A stretch of 32,942 nucleotides of DNA from Pontiellaceae bacterium (GCA_029934215.1 JAOZMR010000002.1:1-32942), one strand, 5' to 3'. Numbered from the stretch's first letter, positions 8,452 through 17,215 are shown. Notes: generated from the letters alone by a model not told the origin. A program made the numbers and translations.

Positions 8452-9375
8452 ATGAAATCGATACACATCAAGAAAGTAATGCTTCGAAATTATAAAAGTA
8501 TTGGAAAACTCACTAGCCCTTCCGTGATTCGCGGGCTACTCAACGACCTTGGGCATCGCCCGAATAAAGGTCTCGGGCAAAACTATTTGATCGATTCTAA
8601 TATTCTCGGGATCATCGTGAATGCCGCAGAGATATCCGCGAGTGATCGCTGTCTCGAAATTGGTCCAGGGCTCGGTGCGCTGACGCAGGCGCTGCTCGCA
8701 ACTGGCGCGAAGGTGACCGCGATTGAAAAAGATAAGACGATGGCGTCGCATCTCCGTGCGATGTGGGGCGGGGAGCGTGTGTCGAAGGTCGAGGGTTTGG
8801 TCTCTCAGTCTGCAAATTCGCTAGAGCTTTTGGAGGAGGATGTGCTCGATGTGGATTTGGATGAACTTTTCGCAGGCGGGGTGAATAAAATTATCGCTAA
8901 TTTGCCTTATTCGGTCGGAAGCCGCTTTATCGTCAATGCGCTCGAAGCGCAATCGCTACCGAAATGTATGGTTTTTTTGGTGCAAAAGGAGGTGGCGGAT
9001 CGATTGGTTGCGCAGCCCGGCGGGAAAACGTTTGGTCCGTTAGCTATTTGGAGTCAGCTAAATTACGAGGTGAAGGCCATTAAAAAGGTGAGTCCGAATT
9101 GTTTTTTGCCTGCACCAAAGGTGTGGTCGTCGGTGGTTCGCTTTGAGAAACGCCCCGAGCCGCTGGCGAAGGTGACGGATTACACAACGTTCAAGCGGCT
9201 TGTTAAAACGGTGTTCACTCAACGGCGTAAACAGGTGGGTTCCAACCTTCGGAAAAATCTGCCGGAGTTTTTTCAGGGGTTGGAAGTATGTAAGATTAGT
9301 CCGACCACACGGCCTGAGCAGATTGCGATTGAGCACTGGGTTGAGCTTTCCAACTGTATGAGGGTTGGAGGTTAG
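8452..9375 (+). CDS. rsmA: 16S rRNA m6,2A dimethyltransferase RsmA/KsgA (atypical N-terminus)
   Basis: KGLGQNYL, EIGPGLGALT, ANLPY, QKEVADRL, FLPAPKV, FTQRRK. Start placed at the ATG at 8452 behind GAGGA; uncertain. Confidence 0.9.
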   Translation: MKSIHIKKVMLRNYKSIGKLTSPSVIRGLLNDLGHRPNKGLGQNYLIDSNILGIIVNAAEISASDRCLEIGPGLGALTQALLATGAKVTAIEKDKTMASHLRAMWGGERVSKVEGLVSQSANSLELLEEDVLDVDLDELFAGGVNKIIANLPYSVGSRFIVNALEAQSLPKCMVFLVQKEVADRLVAQPGGKTFGPLAIWSQLNYEVKAIKKVSPNCFLPAPKVWSSVVRFEKRPEPLAKVTDYTTFKRLVKTVFTQRRKQVGSNLRKNLPEFFQGLEVCKISPTTRPEQIAIEHWVELSNCMRVGG

Positions 9376-10286
9376 GCGTAGCCGAGTTTTTTTAGGAAAA
9401 AGAAGTTTTTGCGCCAGTTTTTTTCGACCTTAACCCAGAGTTTTACTTTCATTTTTACTCCATACATTTCGAACAGTTCCTTCTCTGCCTGATACTGTAC
9501 GCTTTTGAGTAAACGACCTTTTTCGCCAATCACGATTCCTTTCTGGGAGTGGCGTTCTACATAGACTACCGCTTGAATGGTCCATTTGCTCTGTGTTTCT
9601 TCTATTTCCTCGATCCAAATGGCGAGGCAGTGGGGAAGTTCGTCGTGGAGGCGGTCGAAGTATTTCTCGCGAATTACGTCCGCCATGTTTAGTTTTCGCG
9701 GATAATCGGTCAAAATCTCTTCTGGGAAGAGGTGTGGTCCCTCGGGTACCATGAGGAAGAGTGTTTTGGTTAATGCGGGAAGACCATCGCCTTTTAGTGC
9801 GGAGGCTTCGATCCAGACGGGTTTTAGGGCGCAGTTTTTTTCGGCTGCGATGTTTGCCCATAGTTCTTTGTAGCTCGCAATAAATCCTGTTCCGATGTCG
9901 GTTTTGTTGAGTAGTATTACGCAGGGGGTGTCGTCCTTCATGAGACGGCGCATCCAGCCTTCGTCTTCTTGCCAGGATTTTTTAGAGGCATCGAGCACCA
10001 GCAAAACAGCATCGGCGCCGCCGACGGAGGATCGCGCCATTTTGTTTAGGTTTCGCCCAAAGTCGCCGTCGGCTTTGTGGACGCCTGGCGTATCGAGAAA
10101 AACGAGTTGCCCGCGATCTTCGGTGAGAATTGCTCGTATGATGTTGCGCGTAGTCTGCACCGTGTCGCTCACGATGCTAACCTTTTCGCCAAGGAGCGCG
10201 TTAAGGAGCGTTGATTTGCCTACATTCGTTCGTCCGACCACCGCAACGATGCCGGAGCGTCCGATTTTTAGTGCGTTTTCTTCCAT
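9372..10286 (-). CDS. era: GTPase Era
   Basis: GRTNVGKSTL, QTTR, DTPG, NKTD and the KH-domain SQKGIVIGEKG. The start is MEEN at 10286, because the longer ORF overlaps the tRNA. Confidence 0.93.
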   Translation of the reverse strand: MEENALKIGRSGIVAVVGRTNVGKSTLLNALLGEKVSIVSDTVQTTRNIIRAILTEDRGQLVFLDTPGVHKADGDFGRNLNKMARSSVGGADAVLLVLDASKKSWQEDEGWMRRLMKDDTPCVILLNKTDIGTGFIASYKELWANIAAEKNCALKPVWIEASALKGDGLPALTKTLFLMVPEGPHLFPEEILTDYPRKLNMADVIREKYFDRLHDELPHCLAIWIEEIEETQSKWTIQAVVYVERHSQKGIVIGEKGRLLKSVQYQAEKELFEMYGVKMKVKLWVKVEKNWRKNFFFLKKLGYA

Positions 10287-10318
10287 TTTTATACAATAAG
10301 CCGAGCGTGTAGTTTGGG

Positions 10319-10408
10319 TGGCGGAGGAGGAGGGATTCGAACCCCCGGTACTCTTGCGAGCACAACGGTTTTCGAGACCGCCACATTCAACCACTCTGCC
10401 ACTCCTCC
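10319..10408 (-). tRNA. tRNA-Ser (anticodon CGA)
   Basis: GGAGGAG acceptor stem, TGGCAGAGTGG D-arm, GCGGT-CT-CGA-AA-ACCGT anticodon arm, long variable arm, GGTTCGAATCC T-loop, encoded CCA. Confidence 0.95.
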
Positions 10409-10423
10409 AGCAAAAGAAGGTGT

Positions 10424-10452
10424 AAACTAGATTTTTGTGCTTCGTTTGCCAA
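10424..10452 (-). promoter_or_regulatory. Putative sigma70 promoter for tRNA-Ser/era
   Basis: Minus strand TTGGCA, 17-bp spacer, TAGTTT, ending about 15 nt before the tRNA 5' end. Confidence 0.5.
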
Positions 10453-10461
10453 GTTCTTTTG

Positions 10462-10497
10462 CTCCAAACATTGGAAGTTTTTTTCCAATGTTTGGAA
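10462..10497. repeat. Inverted pair of the 15-bp palindrome forming a long hairpin; possible hcp terminator
   Basis: CTCCAAACATTGGAA-gttttt-TTCCAATGTTTGGAA, between the hcp stop and the tRNA promoter. Confidence 0.7.
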
Positions 10498-10524
10498 TTT
10501 TTGAGCGTAGCCCTTTTGTTTACT

Positions 10525-12087
10525 TCAGGATAAGCATTCCTTTAGATCGGCTTCCGCTTCTGTGGTTGGCGCAATCTGGAATTTGTCGACGAGTACGTTG
10601 AGTACGGTCGGCGTGACGAATGCGGGGAGGGTTGGGCCGAGTTTGATGTTGGTGATCCCGAGGTGTAGGAGCGATAGCAGGATGCAAACGGCTTTCTGTT
10701 CGTACCATGAGAGGACGAATGAAAGGGGTAGATCGTTTACGCCGCAATCGAAGGCACCAGCAAGCGCGACCGCAATTTGTACGGCGGAGTATGCGTCGTT
10801 GCATTGACCGATGTCGAGGAGACGCGGGATTCCGCCGATGTCGCCAAATTCAAGCTTGTTGAACCGGTATTTTCCGCAGGCAAGCGTCATGATTATGCAG
10901 TCGTCTGGTATCGCCTCGGCGAGTTCGGTGTAGTAGTTGCGTCCGGCTTTTGCTCCGTCGCATCCGCCGATGAGGAAGAAGTGTTTGATGTCTCCGCTTT
11001 TTACGGCGTCAATCACTTGCGGCGCAACACCAAGTACGGCGTTGTGCCCAAATCCGGTTAGGATTGTTTTTTTCTCCTCGGTTTCGGGGAATCCGTCGGC
11101 TTCGAGTGCTGCGGCGATGACGGGTTCGAAGTTGCCGTCGGCGATGTGCTGCACGCCGGGCCATTGAACGAGTCCTGAGGTGAAGATGCGTGCTTTGTAG
11201 TTTTCTTTCGGCTTCTGAATGCAGTTGGTTGTCATTAGAATTGCGCCTGGGAAGGCTTCGAATTCTTTGCGCTGATCTTGCCATGCGCCGCCGTAGTTTC
11301 CGACGAGGTGTTTATATTTTTTGAGCTCCGGGTATCCGTGGCATGGCAGCATCTCGCTATGGGTGTATATGTTGATTCCTTTGCCGTCGGTCTGCTCTAG
11401 GAGGAGCGCGAGGTCTTTGAGATCGTGCCCAGAGATGAGAATGGCTTTGCCTTTCACTGCGTTCACGTTTACGGGCGTGGGAACTGGGTGGCCGTATGAG
11501 CCGGTGTTCGCGGCGTCGAGGAGGCCCATGACGGTTAGGTTGACTTCGCCGGTTTTCATCGCGAGCGTGAAAAGTGCATCGACGGTTGGTTCGCCGACCT
11601 GGAGGAATGCCATCGCTTCGTGGAAAAATGCGAATACACTGTCGTCTTCTTTTCCAAGGATAAGGGCGTGATCGGCATAAGCCGCCATTCCTTTGAGACC
11701 GTATAGGATCAGTTCCTGCAGACCGGTGATGTCGTCGCCGAGTGTTTTTTTGCGGCTTTCGATGCCCACGGTTTCGCCCTGTTTAATGAGGCCGGCGAGA
11801 TCGGCGGCGGGTTTGAAGTCGCATAGTTCTGCGCCGCGACGGATGATTTTCGCAAGATCTTCGGGATCGAAGTTTACGTTGGTGACGGTTGTGAAGAGCC
11901 CCTCCATCACAAACAGATCCGCTTCGCGGGTACGGTCTCCGGCTTGAGCCTTCACTGAAATCTGTTTGCTGACATCCATCAGCAAGTCCTGAAGCGCGGC
12001 GGTATCTGGATCTTTTCCACATACGCCAGAGGTGGTGCATCCGGTACACTGCGCGGTTTGTTCACATTGATAACAAAACATACTCAT
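10525..12087 (-). CDS. hcp: Hybrid-cluster protein (hydroxylamine reductase)
   Basis: MFCYQCEQT...GC...[38 protein letters not shown]. Confidence 0.96.
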   Translation of the reverse strand: MSMFCYQCEQTAQCTGCTTSGVCGKDPDTAALQDLLMDVSKQISVKAQAGDRTREADLFVMEGLFTTVTNVNFDPEDLAKIIRRGAELCDFKPAADLAGLIKQGETVGIESRKKTLGDDITGLQELILYGLKGMAAYADHALILGKEDDSVFAFFHEAMAFLQVGEPTVDALFTLAMKTGEVNLTVMGLLDAANTGSYGHPVPTPVNVNAVKGKAILISGHDLKDLALLLEQTDGKGINIYTHSEMLPCHGYPELKKYKHLVGNYGGAWQDQRKEFEAFPGAILMTTNCIQKPKENYKARIFTSGLVQWPGVQHIADGNFEPVIAAALEADGFPETEEKKTILTGFGHNAVLGVAPQVIDAVKSGDIKHFFLIGGCDGAKAGRNYYTELAEAIPDDCIIMTLACGKYRFNKLEFGDIGGIPRLLDIGQCNDAYSAVQIAVALAGAFDCGVNDLPLSFVLSWYEQKAVCILLSLLHLGITNIKLGPTLPAFVTPTVLNVLVDKFQIAPTTEAEADLKECLS

Positions 12088-12154
12088 ACTGTTCCCTTTC
12101 TTTTGGTTTTCACTAAATGATGCTGCGGATTATGCACTCATTCAGAATGAGCGC

Positions 12155-12170
12155 CTTGACCTGTGTCAAG
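12155..12170. promoter_or_regulatory. Crp/Fnr-family (HcpR/Dnr-like) binding site upstream of hcp
   Basis: Palindrome CTTGAC-CTGT-GTCAAG, about 41 bp upstream of the start site implied by the minus-strand -10 CATAAT (12134-12129); class II promoter geometry. Confidence 0.7.
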
Positions 12171-12374
12171 CTACCACGCGGGAAGCCCAAAAGAGATCAT
12201 TATTTGGCCTGAGGGTCAGCGAAAAGAGTCGTGGGTGGAGTTTTGTATTTGCATCAAACGCGAGGAAGTGTAGCGTTTGCACTAAGGAAGTCGGTGTGGC
12301 GATTGAAAAAACTGTGCTGCCCGCTCATACACATTCCAATGGTTGGAATCGTTTTGCCTACTTGTTTTTATGCT

Positions 12375-13226
12375 ATGAATAAAATTCCTGAAAAGCTAGT
12401 TCTGATTGCTGGGCGGGATAATTACCCGTTGTTGCTTGCTCGTGCCGCTCGTGCTTGTGGGGTGAAAAACATTTTTGCTGTTGCGTTTAAGGGTGAGACG
12501 AGTCGGGAGATCGAGCAGGTCGTTGATCGTGTCACTTGGATTCATCTGGGGAGACTTGCGCCCCTTTTGGATGCGTTGCGAGGTAGCGGCGTGCGGCATG
12601 CGGTGATGGCGGGGCAGATTAGCCCGAGAGTTCTTTTTTTCTTCCGGATGGATCGGGCGCTTATTGCGTTGCTTGGGAGTCTTTCGGTCAAAAATGCGCA
12701 TAGCATCTTTGGCGCGCTAACCTCCGAGATTGAAAAAACGGGAGTGGAGTTGCTTCCGGCGAGCGCGTTTATGACGGATTATATGCCTATGGAAGGGTGT
12801 CTTACTGCTCGTGCGCCGAATGAGCGGGAGTGTCGTGATATTGAAATTGGTCGGCGGGTTGTTAAGGATACGAGCCATCTTGATATAGGTCAGACTGCTG
12901 TTGTTAAGGATGGAATGGTTCTCGCTGTCGAGGCCTTTGAGGGGACGGATAAAGCGATACGTCGAGGTGGGAAGCTCGGAGGAAAGGGCTCGGTTGTTGT
13001 GAAGGTTCCAAAGGTTGGACACGATATGCGTTTTGATATTCCAGTGGTTGGAACACGAACGTTGATGTCGCTAAAGAAGGCGAAAGCCTCCTGTTTGGCG
13101 GTCGAGGAAGGCGGTGCAATCCTGTTAAACAAGGAAACAATTATTTCTCATGCGAATGCGCTTGGCATTTCGGTTACTGTTTTGGCAAAAAACGTCCACG
13201 TTGACAGGGGGGAATCATTTACATAG
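12375..13226 (+). CDS. lpxI: UDP-2,3-diacylglucosamine diphosphatase LpxI (DUF1009)
   Basis: LIAG..YP, AVMAGQI, DIGQTAVV, AVEAFEGTD, DMRFDIPVVG. Start taken at MNKIPE (12375). Confidence 0.85.
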   Translation: MNKIPEKLVLIAGRDNYPLLLARAARACGVKNIFAVAFKGETSREIEQVVDRVTWIHLGRLAPLLDALRGSGVRHAVMAGQISPRVLFFFRMDRALIALLGSLSVKNAHSIFGALTSEIEKTGVELLPASAFMTDYMPMEGCLTARAPNERECRDIEIGRRVVKDTSHLDIGQTAVVKDGMVLAVEAFEGTDKAIRRGGKLGGKGSVVVKVPKVGHDMRFDIPVVGTRTLMSLKKAKASCLAVEEGGAILLNKETIISHANALGISVTVLAKNVHVDRGESFT

Positions 13227-13427
13227 CCTACGAAAAGACTTGAGTTGTGCGGAGAGGTGTTTTTTAGGCATAGATTTGCTGTGTTACTGTCTATCTGAAT
13301 TTGCCACTTGAAAGTTACGGTCTAACAAAAATCAAGCTTAGCAAAGTTAAATGCACGGTTGAGCGCATGAGTGCTCATTTGGAGAAGCAGAATACGCCGA
13401 TGTCTCCAGAAAATTTTCCGCCCGGCT

Positions 13428-13529
13428 CGACGCATCAACACGGCCCGCTTCCCGCTGATAAAAACCCTAGACCAATTCGACCGTAACCGACCGAGCACCA
13501 TCAACCGCCAACAGATTCAAAACACCTAA
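13428..13529 (+). pseudogene. istB: IS21-family IstB helper ATPase N-terminal fragment
   Basis: Manual translation RRINTARFPLIKTLDQFDRNRPSTINRQQIQNT* resembles the IstB segment RR+xxA+FPxxKTL+xFDxxxxxxI+xxxI; no start codon and truncated. Confidence 0.6.
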
Positions 13530-13536
13530 TTTTACT

Positions 13537-13818
13537 TTTTGTCTCGCAAGTTGAATGACGCCGGTTTAAATAAAAATGTCCAAACATCGGGAGATTTATT
13601 ACACGGATGTTTCCCACGCCTTAGCGTGGTCGTTCCACGGATGAACGGCGGGGTGGGTTCTTCCAGAGGTTGGAAAGAGAAGTCCCCACGGATGGTAAAA
13701 CGTCCCGCAGATGAATCGCCCTCTACTTGAGCCCATTCTGATCCGTGGGACGTTTTACCATCCGTGGACCCTAGTTTCTGCGCATGTGAAGTGGCATCAT
13801 TCAACTTGCGAGGCAAAA
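13537..13818. other. Highly structured ~280-nt element (ncRNA or MITE) with 26-bp terminal inverted repeats
   Basis: Arms at 13537-13562 and 13793-13818 (24/26 match), several short hairpins, and a perfect 21-bp internal stem (13686-13706 with 13747-13767). Confidence 0.7.
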
Positions 13819-13869
13819 GATAAAAGCAGGCGTTTTGTATGAGGGCTGGGTCATCATGCGCGAAGAAGA

Positions 13870-13916
13870 AAGCGGCAAGATGCCGCTTCTACGGTTGTGC
13901 GAGCGTCTCGCTCGCA
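13870..13916. repeat. REP-like palindromes (GTAG type)
   Basis: The reverse complement of 13870-13892 is GTAG-AAGCGGCA-TCT-TGCCGCTT. It is followed by TGCGAGCG-TCT-CGCTCGCA at 13898-13916. Confidence 0.7.
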
Positions 13917-13975
13917 GGAACAGCAAGCGGAACGTGTTTGTTTTTCGAGCAGGAGATAGATTTATGGCTTTATTA

Positions 13976-14590
13976 TTACGGCCGACGAACCAGCACTCGA
14001 TAGTATCGGTTTGACGTTGCTTCGGGATCGGTAAGGGTTAGAACCGCATCGGATCCAATGAATTCAAAGGCAAAAGAAACCCAGTTTCCATCCGTGAGCG
14101 AATCGCAGTGTTGGAGTTTGTAGAAACGACCAGCAACGCCAAACCACGAAAGCTGGCGCCGTCCGTCGGACAAAATTGCAGATGAAACAGAAAGTACACT
14201 GCTTTGATTCGTGGGCGAAGTTCCGGCGATCAATTCGCGGGCGTCGTTCATACCATCGCCGTCCGAGTCACTTTTCCAAAGGTTGGAACCAACAATAATT
14301 TCATCACCATCGCCGAGCCCATCCGAATCGTTGTCCGGATTTAGTTCGTCGGGAAGTGCACCGAATGCGGTTTCTGGCTGAAGTATAAACCCAGCCGCGA
14401 ACCCAGACTGATGAAAAAGCTGTCCCGTCTCCGAGGACTGACCGCCAACGGGAACGATCGAGCCGATGCTGGTGTATGTTCCGCCCGACAACCGGCTACC
14501 TGCCGCCGAGATATTCAGCGTCGTATTTTCGTAGGAAAGCGCAACGCACCCCGCCAAAAGAATGATCGTAAAAACAAACCGTTTCATCAT
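13976..14590 (-). CDS. Secreted protein with DxDxDG (thrombospondin type-3-like) repeats and a PVC-type C-terminal domain
   Basis: Signal peptide, DNDSDGLGDGDE, DSDGDGMNDARELIAGTSP, LSW..V.GR.YKLQ..SL..GNW, RYYRV terminus. Confidence 0.7.
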   Translation of the reverse strand: MMKRFVFTIILLAGCVALSYENTTLNISAAGSRLSGGTYTSIGSIVPVGGQSSETGQLFHQSGFAAGFILQPETAFGALPDELNPDNDSDGLGDGDEIIVGSNLWKSDSDGDGMNDARELIAGTSPTNQSSVLSVSSAILSDGRRQLSWFGVAGRFYKLQHCDSLTDGNWVSFAFEFIGSDAVLTLTDPEATSNRYYRVLVRRP

Positions 14591-16041
14591 CAGTCCTTTC
14601 GGTAGTAGTAGAGTCCGTCCTGCTTCTTTGGACCGCCGATGATGTATAGTGCATCTTGCCCCATTGAGCTATTAACATAAGCCCATAATCGCCCATCTTC
14701 GGTGCCGACTACGTCCATACCATAACTCGTCGATAGCGAAAGATTCCAGTCTGTTCCATTTGTACTCCATGAAAGATCGGTAAATTTTGTAGGACTCATG
14801 GAATCGCGCTGTCCAGCCATCCATAACTTTCCATCATGAGTGGTAATTTCAAAACCCATGAATGATGAGGAAACAGGAAGGTTCGTTGTTTCCACACTCC
14901 AGTTCGCACTATCGTTTTCTAGTTTCCAACATGATTGTTTGTGAGGGGTGAAGCACCATAGGTGCTCATTATAAAAAATGAACTCAGAGTGATAGTTGTC
15001 CATGGTAGGTATGTTTGTGACAGATAGGCTCCAAGATATTCCGTCAGAAGAATTCCAGATTTTTTTACTCGTACCCTCTGTTGCGACAACCCAAAGCTTA
15101 TCATCAGATGCTAAAACTTCATCTCCCATTGTCGAGTCAAAGGATGTCCATGCTCCAGCTGAAGCTTGTGTCCAATCGATACCGTTAGCAGACTTAAAAA
15201 CAAGACTCACCATATTACTTCTGCAAAACCCAAAAAATTCACTTTTAAAAAGAACAACCTCTCGTAATTCAACAGAAGCTCCAAAATCATTAGTCCATGT
15301 CGTCCAGTCTTCTGCATCGGATGTGGATGCCGCTTTTTGCTGAAGCCCTGTTTCAAAAAAATACACTTTATCACCATGCGAGAAAGCATCGAAATACATG
15401 GGATTCATATAGGGAAAGCTTCCTTCAGTCCATTCTCTTGCATTAGAGGTTCTGAAAACATTAGCTCCCATGCCAGAACCAGAGTAAGCCCAAAGTTCGT
15501 TCCCGTGTCCTAAAGAATCTATCCCCGTAGAAAAATATGGAAAATATCCACCGTCAAACTCCTCCCAGTCAGCGGTTTCGATGTCTTCGTGATATAGAGA
15601 ATATCCCTGCGCTTCGAGTTCAGGGTTGGGATAGGTGTCTGCGAGGACGATGGTTCCGGCGGGATCGGTGTCGCCGCCTGTGTTTAACGCGTATGGGACT
15701 GAAACGAGGCGTTCGCGGGGCGCGAGGGTTTCGCTGTCTATGGTGAGTTCGAGATAAACGGTCGCGTTTGTGAGTGCGTTTTCGAGCGATCCGAGGGTCG
15801 TATCGTCACCGATCATTGTTGAATAAAGTCCGTCCACGATCTGAACGGAGCTGGAGTCTTCGTAGAGGAGGGTTCCGTTGTTTTCTGCGTTGTAGAGTTT
15901 GAAGCTCATGGGGAGGGTGGCGTTCACAAGGTTGGTTCCGTCCACGAGACGCCCTTGATAGCGGAACATTTCTGGAGCCTGTGCGGATGCGGAACTGAGA
16001 GCCGCAAGGTAAAGTAGTCCTATCCAAATCCATTTTTTCAT
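14590..16041 (-). CDS. Secreted surface/fibre-like protein with a Kelch/BNR-like beta-propeller region
   Basis: Signal peptide; YQGRL..G...F.LY....G..L+...GL+...+G and PR.RL.SVPYAL N-domain; repeated S.DG..W / S.NG..W motifs. Confidence 0.65.
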   Translation of the reverse strand: MKKWIWIGLLYLAALSSASAQAPEMFRYQGRLVDGTNLVNATLPMSFKLYNAENNGTLLYEDSSSVQIVDGLYSTMIGDDTTLGSLENALTNATVYLELTIDSETLAPRERLVSVPYALNTGGDTDPAGTIVLADTYPNPELEAQGYSLYHEDIETADWEEFDGGYFPYFSTGIDSLGHGNELWAYSGSGMGANVFRTSNAREWTEGSFPYMNPMYFDAFSHGDKVYFFETGLQQKAASTSDAEDWTTWTNDFGASVELREVVLFKSEFFGFCRSNMVSLVFKSANGIDWTQASAGAWTSFDSTMGDEVLASDDKLWVVATEGTSKKIWNSSDGISWSLSVTNIPTMDNYHSEFIFYNEHLWCFTPHKQSCWKLENDSANWSVETTNLPVSSSFMGFEITTHDGKLWMAGQRDSMSPTKFTDLSWSTNGTDWNLSLSTSYGMDVVGTEDGRLWAYVNSSMGQDALYIIGGPKKQDGLYYYRKD

Positions 16042-16153
16042 GAGGGTGCCTTTCTGTTTGTGTGTAGAGTTGAGTATTTTTCAAAGGTTGGAATGTAGAT
16101 GATTACTCTTTTTTTGCTAGCGTTATTTTGATTAATTTTTGCTTCCGCTGATT

Positions 16154-17215
16154 TTAGTTGTATCGATCCCAGATTTTCATGACTTTTGCGGAGCGTTGTT
16201 CCCAGTCAGATGGGCGGTTTAGGAGGAGTTCGGTGACGTTTCGGTAGAGTGCTTCGCGGGGATGACGGATGGCGAGCGTTCCGCAACGTAGGTTGCGGAG
16301 GATGTTTTTTGGGGTTTCGTGGAGGGTGTTCATTTCTGGCTCGCGAATCATGCGGTCGGCGGCGTACGCTTGTGGGTTCGCCCAGGTTTTTCCAGTTCGT
16401 AGGCTTTCTGTGTCGAGTAGGACGGCGAACCATATCTGCGCTTCTTCGAGGAGTTCGGCTTCTCCTATGGTTGTGTTGTTGAATTCGTGTGGGGAGAATT
16501 TGAAGGTCAATGCTTCGCGGTATCGTTCTTGTAGGTTGAGTTTCCGAACGTTGGAATCTTCAGCGGCTAGGGCGTCGAAGAGTTTGTCGCGTCCTCGGTA
16601 GGGCGTTGCAAAGCGTCCGCGGGAGAGGAGTACGGCGTCGCCGATGGCGAGCATTGTTTTGTAGTAGTTGCGTGTAACGAAGCCGCGGTCGGGCTCGGGT
16701 TCTGCGTCGCGGACGACGCGGAGGGCCCAGAGGAGTCCGGCGCCTCGGTTTAGGTGGAGGCGTAGCGATTCGATGGGCGGCGGATGTTGTTTGACTCGTT
16801 CGGGCGCGTTGGCGGTGAGGATGTTTTGCGGTCCGCTCATGATGATGTGTCCGTTTAGGAGGTCGTGCCACATGAGCCAGGCGGGCCAGTTTTGAATGGC
16901 TTCGATGGTTAGGGGACGGCTGAAGTCGACGTGGATTTTTAGGCGTTTTGCGTAGACTGCGGTGAGGTCTAGGAGGGCTTGGTCGGGGACGTCTGCTGCG
17001 TTTTTGACGACGAGTGTGAAGTCGAGGTCGTTGTAGGGGCACTCTTTTTCGTCGATGAGTTCGATGCCGCCTTCGCCTCTGCCGTAGCCGCCGCCGAGAA
17101 TGAGCGCGACGAGTTTGTCGCCGAGTAGTGCTTCGGTGTCGCGTGTGAATTCTTGAAGAATGCCATCCATCCATTCGTTAAATGCGGGTGTTGCGTGGAA
17201 TGCGTATGTGTTCAT
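16154..17215 (-). CDS. Nucleotidyltransferase-fold (Pol-beta-like) hypothetical protein
   Basis: LILGGGYGRGEG followed by NDLDF, matching the hG(G/S)...DxD NTase motif. Substrate unknown. Confidence 0.6.
   Translation of the reverse strand: MNTYAFHATPAFNEWMDGILQEFTRDTEALLGDKLVALILGGGYGRGEGGIELIDEKECPYNDLDFTLVVKNAADVPDQALLDLTAVYAKRLKIHVDFSRPLTIEAIQNWPAWLMWHDLLNGHIIMSGPQNILTANAPERVKQHPPPIESLRLHLNRGAGLLWALRVVRDAEPEPDRGFVTRNYYKTMLAIGDAVLLSRGRFATPYRGRDKLFDALAAEDSNVRKLNLQERYREALTFKFSPHEFNNTTIGEAELLEEAQIWFAVLLDTESLRTGKTWANPQAYAADRMIREPEMNTLHETPKNILRNLRCGTLAIRHPREALYRNVTELLLNRPSDWEQRSAKVMKIWDRYN

Noticed and set aside
10287-10394. N-terminal extension of Era
   Set aside because: It is a translation of the tRNA-Ser gene; Era homology starts at 10286.
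13532-13816. Opposing ORFs both starting M(P/S)RKLNDA
   Set aside because: This is an artefact of the terminal inverted repeat; there is no RBS or recognisable protein.
13537-13818. RNase P RNA, tmRNA, SRP or 6S RNA identity for the structured element
   Set aside because: I could not find GAGGAAAGUCC/P4, tRNA-like ends or the SRP loop, and the multi-branch layout and length do not fit 6S. A covariance search is still needed.
14590-16041. Prophage tail fibre or DGR target
   Set aside because: The protein has a signal peptide, and there are no phage genes, reverse transcriptase or template/variable repeat pair in the window.
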